From an uncultured Oligoflexus sp. (GTDB taxonomy: Bacteria; Bdellovibrionota_B; Oligoflexia; Oligoflexales; Oligoflexaceae), in the NCBI GenBank assembly GCA_964236955.1, contig CAXSGP010000095.1, forward strand, positions 1-18,141: a stretch of 18,141 nucleotides of DNA, in the 5' to 3' direction. The notes beneath the pieces are model-generated. The model did not search any database. It was not told where the DNA came from and saw only the letters and a program-made list of their open reading frames with translations. The stretch's first letter is position 1, and every line of letters begins with the position of its first letter. A program made the position numbers and the translations under genes. Of this stretch, positions 13,406-18,141 are shown piece by piece.

Positions 13406-15928
13406 ATGAACTATCCGGTCGATCCCTATCTGCCCGAAATTGCTAAAGCATTAACCCTAAACTCAGCGGCTTTGCTAAAGGCGGAACCGGGGGCCGGCAA
13501 AACCACGCAAGTGCCGCTTTTCCTCCTGCAGCATTTTCAAAGAATACTGGTCGTCGAGCCGCGTCGTTTGGCAGCAAAATTATCGGCGGAGTGGGTCGCC
13601 CAACAAAGCGGAGGTTTGGTCGGCGGGCTGGTCGGTTATCATATTCGACTGGACAGCCGCAGTTCAAAGGACACGCGCCTGCTCTATGTCACCGAAGGCA
13701 TCCTGACCCGGCTTTTTATGAAAGATCCTTTGCTTCATGAATTCGATCTCATCATTCTCGATGAATTTCACGAACGCCATGTCCATAGTGATATTGCCCT
13801 CGCGCTGGTTAAGGATCTGCAGCAAAAACGCAGCGGACTCAAACTCCTCGTTATGTCGGCAACCCTTGAACAGACATTGCTGCAATCCTATCTTGGTCAG
13901 GTTCCCAGCTTTGACATTCCAGGGCGCGTCTTTCCGGTCCGGGTCCGCTATCGGCCACCGGCGGCTTCTCACCTGCTCCCGCAAGCGATTTTAGCCGCCG
14001 TGCGCGAAATGCTGGAGGATCCGGAATGTCAGGGGAATATTCTTGTCTTTTTGTCAGGTACAGCTCAGATCTTTAACTGTGCCGCTTACCTCTCGGGGCG
14101 GATCGATGGTGCGGCTATCATTCCCCTATCGGCGGAACATGCCGCGAATTATGAAAAGATTCTGATCAATCCCGAGCAGCGCAAGATCATCCTTTCCACC
14201 AACGTCGCGGAAACCTCACTGACCCTTCCCAATGTCCGGGGGGTTATCGATTGGGGAACTGCCCGAATTCTTGCCTATGCGCCCTGGAGCGGACTGCCCA
14301 CGCTGGAGGAAAAAAAGATCAGTCAGGCCTCGTGCATCCAAAGAAGTGGCCGGGCCGGCCGCGTCGCGCCGGGCGTGTGCTATCGCCTCTACAGCGAGAG
14401 TGATTTTCACGCACGCGCGAAATTCAGTGAGCCCGAGATTCAGCGTATCGACCTTTGCCAGATTATACTGGAGCTGCAGAGCATTCACCCCAACCAGGCT
14501 TGGGGCTGGGACCGATTGGAATGGCTCGAACGTCCGAAAGCCACAATCGTGGAGCAGAATGCGGGGCTTTTGCAGAGTCTGGGAGCGATCGACGCCAAGG
14601 GTCTTCTCACGACTGAAGGTCAGCGCATGGCCGGGCTTGCCCTGCATCCGCGCCTGGCCCGGCTGTGGATAGAGGCGGAGCGGCTGGGAGTGGGCGAAGT
14701 GGGTCTCATCGCGGCGCTCATGATCAACGAAGGCATGCTCCTCGGGCCAGAGCAAAGACCCGAGGAGCATCTGGAATCCGATATCGTCTATCAGGTTCAG
14801 GTCTTCCTAGACTGGGTTGCCAAAGGTCAAAGACGTCTTAACCTTGATCCGGGCAAACTCCAGCGCATCCAGCGAAGCTACGAACAGATCGCTCGCAATA
14901 ATCGCTTCCGTCCCCTGCAGCAGCTTACGCTTGAACGAGAGGAGGACCTGAGGTTTGCCGTCTTTGTCGCCTTCGCCGATCGGGTCGCCAAATACCGTCC
15001 CCTGGCGGAAACGGGCAAAAATAAGCTTCGCCATTATAATTTCTCGCTCGGTCGCGGTGCGGTGCTAAGTGATAATTCAACCGCTCAGGGCACCGAGTGG
15101 CTGGTGGCGGTTGAGGCGCGGGAAAGTTATAACGAAGAGCTGGGGCGTATCTACGTCGCGTCTGGCATTCCCTATGGCTTTCTACTGCGCGACCCCTTTG
15201 GTCTGATTCAGCGGGAAAGCGCGCTCAAGATCGATCCCAAAGCCGGGCGGCCCCGACGCTGCAATCAGTTGCTCTACGGCCGACTGCTCATGGAGGAAAC
15301 CTGGGAGGATGCCGAGGCCGATCATGCCCACGGCCTCCTCATGACAGAAATTCGCAAGCAGTGGCCCGATTGTTTTGAAGATGCTGAGGCCCTTGCTATC
15401 TATCATCGCAAGTTGGATCTTTTTGAAAAGACGGCAATCGAGCATAATATGCCGCGATTCGAGGGCGAAATGCTCGATCTTTTGATCGACCACCTCTCTA
15501 CGGGGATCAAATCGATGCGGGAGCTGGCAAAGAAAAGTCTCAGCGAGGCTATCAAGCAGCAGCTCGATCATCAGGACCTTGAGCTGCTGAATAAGGCCTG
15601 CCCTGACGCTATCGCGCTGGCTTCGGGACGGCGACTCAAGGTGCAGTATGTGGGCGAGGCCGAACCCTGGATAGCGAGTCGTATTCAAGATTTCTTTGGG
15701 CAAACCCAGACACCGTCGCTTTGCTTTGGGAAATATCCCTTGCTCCTGAAGCTCTTGGCTCCCAATCAGCGACCCGCTCAGATTACCAGCAATTTGCAGA
15801 ATTTTTGGCTAGGTAGTTATCATGAAGTCAAAAAAGATTTAAAACGCCGCTATCCGAAGCAGCCATGGCCAGACGAACCAGGAACCTTCGTGATGCCCAA
15901 GCGCGAGGATTATCCACGCAGGAAATAA
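13406..15928 (+). CDS. hrpB: ATP-dependent DEAH-box RNA helicase HrpB
   Basis: AEPGAGKTT, EPRRLAA, DEFHER, MSAT, STNVAETSLT, QRSGRAGR and the HrpB C-terminal LLAPNQRP...RRYPKQPWP. Confidence 0.93.
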   Translation: MNYPVDPYLPEIAKALTLNSAALLKAEPGAGKTTQVPLFLLQHFQRILVVEPRRLAAKLSAEWVAQQSGGLVGGLVGYHIRLDSRSSKDTRLLYVTEGILTRLFMKDPLLHEFDLIILDEFHERHVHSDIALALVKDLQQKRSGLKLLVMSATLEQTLLQSYLGQVPSFDIPGRVFPVRVRYRPPAASHLLPQAILAAVREMLEDPECQGNILVFLSGTAQIFNCAAYLSGRIDGAAIIPLSAEHAANYEKILINPEQRKIILSTNVAETSLTLPNVRGVIDWGTARILAYAPWSGLPTLEEKKISQASCIQRSGRAGRVAPGVCYRLYSESDFHARAKFSEPEIQRIDLCQIILELQSIHPNQAWGWDRLEWLERPKATIVEQNAGLLQSLGAIDAKGLLTTEGQRMAGLALHPRLARLWIEAERLGVGEVGLIAALMINEGMLLGPEQRPEEHLESDIVYQVQVFLDWVAKGQRRLNLDPGKLQRIQRSYEQIARNNRFRPLQQLTLEREEDLRFAVFVAFADRVAKYRPLAETGKNKLRHYNFSLGRGAVLSDNSTAQGTEWLVAVEARESYNEELGRIYVASGIPYGFLLRDPFGLIQRESALKIDPKAGRPRRCNQLLYGRLLMEETWEDAEADHAHGLLMTEIRKQWPDCFEDAEALAIYHRKLDLFEKTAIEHNMPRFEGEMLDLLIDHLSTGIKSMRELAKKSLSEAIKQQLDHQDLELLNKACPDAIALASGRRLKVQYVGEAEPWIASRIQDFFGQTQTPSLCFGKYPLLLKLLAPNQRPAQITSNLQNFWLGSYHEVKKDLKRRYPKQPWPDEPGTFVMPKREDYPRRK

Positions 15929-16030
15929 TGTAAATCAGCTAGCAGAACGTTCATTTTTCTTTCTAGGCCAAGAGCTTCGACGTATAGTGAGGCCGTCTTT
16001 ATCGTATCTCTGCCCAGGAGTTAGTCCTTT

Positions 16031-18034
16031 ATGACAGGCAAACGCAGCATCGTTGTGACCCCGGCTTTACCTTATGCCAACGGTCCGATTCATATCGGTC
16101 ATCTCGTTGAACATTCGCTCACAGATTTTTGGGTTCGCTTTCAACGCATGCGTGGTCACAACGTTCACTTCGTTTGTGCCGCGGATACACACGGCACCCC
16201 CATTATGATGAACGCCAAAAAACTGGGAGTGACGCCGGCTTCCCTCGTTGAAACATTTCGGCTGGAACAAATCGAAACGTTTAAAAAATTCGATATTGAT
16301 TTTGATCACTATGGCTCGACCAACAGTCCAGCCAATCAAAAGATATCGGATCGCATCTATAAGTCTCTCGAGGAGCAGGGTCTGGTCGAGAAAAAGCTGC
16401 AGATGCAGTCTTTCTGCGAAACCGACGCGATGTTTCTCCCGGATCGTTTCGTCAAGGGCACCTGCCCCAAATGCGCTTCGCTCGATCAGTATGGGGACGG
16501 CTGCGAAGTGTGCGGCACCGTCTACTCAGCCTCCGACCTTAAAAACCCCCATTGTGCGGTCTGCGGAAGGGTGCCGATTGAAAAGCCGAGCGAGCATCTC
16601 TATGTGAAGCTTGAAGAGTTCCGCAGCTTTCTCAAGGAGTGGGTCCCTCAGCACACCAGTCCGGAGATGGCGAAGAAACTGGCCGAATGGTTTGATGCTG
16701 AGCTGCAATCGTGGTGTATTTCCCGTGATGATCCCTACTTTGGATTTGAGATTCCCGCTCATCCGAAGAAGTACTACTATGTCTGGTTTGATGCGCCGAT
16801 AGGCTATCTCGCGGCTTTGGAAGAAGATTCCAAAGGAGCGGGATTTGAAAAGGTCTGGAACGATCCCAAGGTGGAGATCTATCACTGCATTGGCAAAGAT
16901 ATCGTCTACCACCACGCCCTGTTCTGGCCAAGCATGCTCAGGGCGGCGGGGCTTGCGACTCCGACCGGTATTTGGGCCCATGGTATGCTGATGGTGAATG
17001 GCGCGAAAATGAGTAAGTCGCGTGGCACCTCGATCTTCGCATCGACCTTTGGGAAGCATCTTGATCCAGTCTATCTGCGCTATTACCTGGCCTGTAAGCT
17101 CAATTCCTCAATCGACGATATGGATTTGAACTTCGACGATTTTGTATCGCGGGTGAACTCTGATCTAATCGGAAAGATCACCAATGTGGCCTCACGCGGT
17201 GCCCAGATGCTTCAAAAAATGGGTGGAGCGATGGGTCAGCTCTCGGCCGAGGGTCGGGAATTTGTGGCCAAAGCTCAGGAGCTGGGCGATGAGATTGCCA
17301 CCTGTTATGAAGAGCGTGAATTTGCAAAAGCTATGGTTCTGACCCGCTCCATTGCTGATGATGCAAATAAATACTTTGATAAGTATGAACCATGGAAACT
17401 CGTAAAAACCGACGAGGAGGCGACGCGTCAAATCCTGAGCGGCATACTCAACCAGTTCCGCATCATGGCCATCTATTTGAAGCCGGTCATGCCCTCCTAC
17501 GCAAAGAAAGTGGAGGCTCTATTTGACGAGGACCCCTACACCTGGGAGAGCGCCAAGATCATCCTTGAGCACCATAAGCTCAATCCTTTTGAGCATCTTT
17601 TAAAACGCGTCGAGTCAAGTCAGGTGGAGAAGATCATCGAAGAAACCAAGGCCATACATGCCGCCAATGCGCCCAAGGCAGACCCGGAAAAAGCCTTGGG
17701 AATCGCTCCTCTGATCACGATTGAAGATTTTCAAAAGATCGACCTTAGGGTGGCGCGCATCGTCGCGGCTCAGCATGTGGAAGGGGCTTCCAAGCTTTTG
17801 CAACTCACGCTCGATCTAGGTAATGGGGTGACGCGAAAGGTCTTTTCGGGTATCAAGTCCACCTATAAACCCGAGGATTTACTTGGCAGGATGACCGTTA
17901 TGGTCGCCAACCTTACGCCAAGGAAAATGAAATTTGGTATGAGCGAAGGCATGGTGCTCGCATCGGGCGACGGTGAGAATATCGCTCTGCTTTTCCCCGA
18001 CGCCAAAGCCGAAGCTGGTCAGCGCATCGGTTGA
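16031..18034 (+). CDS. metG: Methionine--tRNA ligase with a C-terminal tRNA-binding/dimerisation domain
   Basis: [13 protein letters not shown], zinc knuckles (CPKC...CEVC...CAVC), [15 protein letters not shown] and C-terminal DLRVA...[22 protein letters not shown]. Confidence 0.97.
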   Translation: MTGKRSIVVTPALPYANGPIHIGHLVEHSLTDFWVRFQRMRGHNVHFVCAADTHGTPIMMNAKKLGVTPASLVETFRLEQIETFKKFDIDFDHYGSTNSPANQKISDRIYKSLEEQGLVEKKLQMQSFCETDAMFLPDRFVKGTCPKCASLDQYGDGCEVCGTVYSASDLKNPHCAVCGRVPIEKPSEHLYVKLEEFRSFLKEWVPQHTSPEMAKKLAEWFDAELQSWCISRDDPYFGFEIPAHPKKYYYVWFDAPIGYLAALEEDSKGAGFEKVWNDPKVEIYHCIGKDIVYHHALFWPSMLRAAGLATPTGIWAHGMLMVNGAKMSKSRGTSIFASTFGKHLDPVYLRYYLACKLNSSIDDMDLNFDDFVSRVNSDLIGKITNVASRGAQMLQKMGGAMGQLSAEGREFVAKAQELGDEIATCYEEREFAKAMVLTRSIADDANKYFDKYEPWKLVKTDEEATRQILSGILNQFRIMAIYLKPVMPSYAKKVEALFDEDPYTWESAKIILEHHKLNPFEHLLKRVESSQVEKIIEETKAIHAANAPKADPEKALGIAPLITIEDFQKIDLRVARIVAAQHVEGASKLLQLTLDLGNGVTRKVFSGIKSTYKPEDLLGRMTVMVANLTPRKMKFGMSEGMVLASGDGENIALLFPDAKAEAGQRIG

Positions 18035-18045
18035 GGGGATAAACG

Positions 18046-18141
18046 ATGGAACTTCGATCTTTTTTGGAGCTCAACGAGGGCATGGCTCTTCGCTTTCTCG
18101 TCGATTGTTTGCAAACGGTTGAGATGAATTGGGCCTTCGAG
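18046..18141 (+). CDS. Start of a hypothetical protein, truncated by the window end
   Basis: RBS GAGGGG, then ATG at 18046, 11 nt after the metG stop. The frame MELRSFLELNEGMALRFLVDCLQTVEMNWAFE is open to the edge. Confidence 0.6.
   Translation, partial: MELRSFLELNEGMALRFLVDCLQTVEMNWAFE

Noticed and set aside
11647..17803. Long antisense or alternative-frame ORFs (e.g. 11647-12261, 14216-14770, 15182-15703, 16526-17059; likewise 7352-7852 and 8810-9352)
   Set aside because: They are shadows of well-supported genes with no recognisable motifs.
807..18034. A single SAM/methionine-themed system (mtnA, ICMT-like, lipA, Rsm22-like, metG)
   Set aside because: The genes are in separate transcription units and orientations, and no shared regulatory motif was seen; most likely ordinary core-genome juxtaposition.

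Overview
Mostly bacterial core chromosome; the gene set and many orphan TPR proteins suggest a Bdellovibrionota/Oligoflexia-like organism, which is inference only. The left end (1-695) is the edge of an integrated element: the C-terminal half of a large serine recombinase runs antisense into an intact tRNA-Val(TAC) and takes its stop codon from the tRNA. Next, on the minus strand, come mtnA and a block of uncharacterised genes: a PsbP/DcrB-like membrane protein with a long disordered tail, a TPR protein with a probable EVE/PUA-like C-terminal domain, a small CxxC/CxxC protein behind a strongly structured leader, and a 768-aa TPR protein. Both TPR genes have sigma28 (FliA)-type promoters. The remainder is housekeeping: an ICMT/PEMT-like protein, an LpxL-family acyltransferase, lipA, an Rsm22/METTL17-like methyltransferase, an RluA-family pseudouridine synthase, hrpB, metG and a truncated ORF. 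The best leads are the integrase/tRNA att architecture (including a mirror copy of the T-loop motif inside the integrase gene), the FliA-controlled TPR/TPR-EVE/membrane module, and the candidate structured RNA at about 5515-5656.
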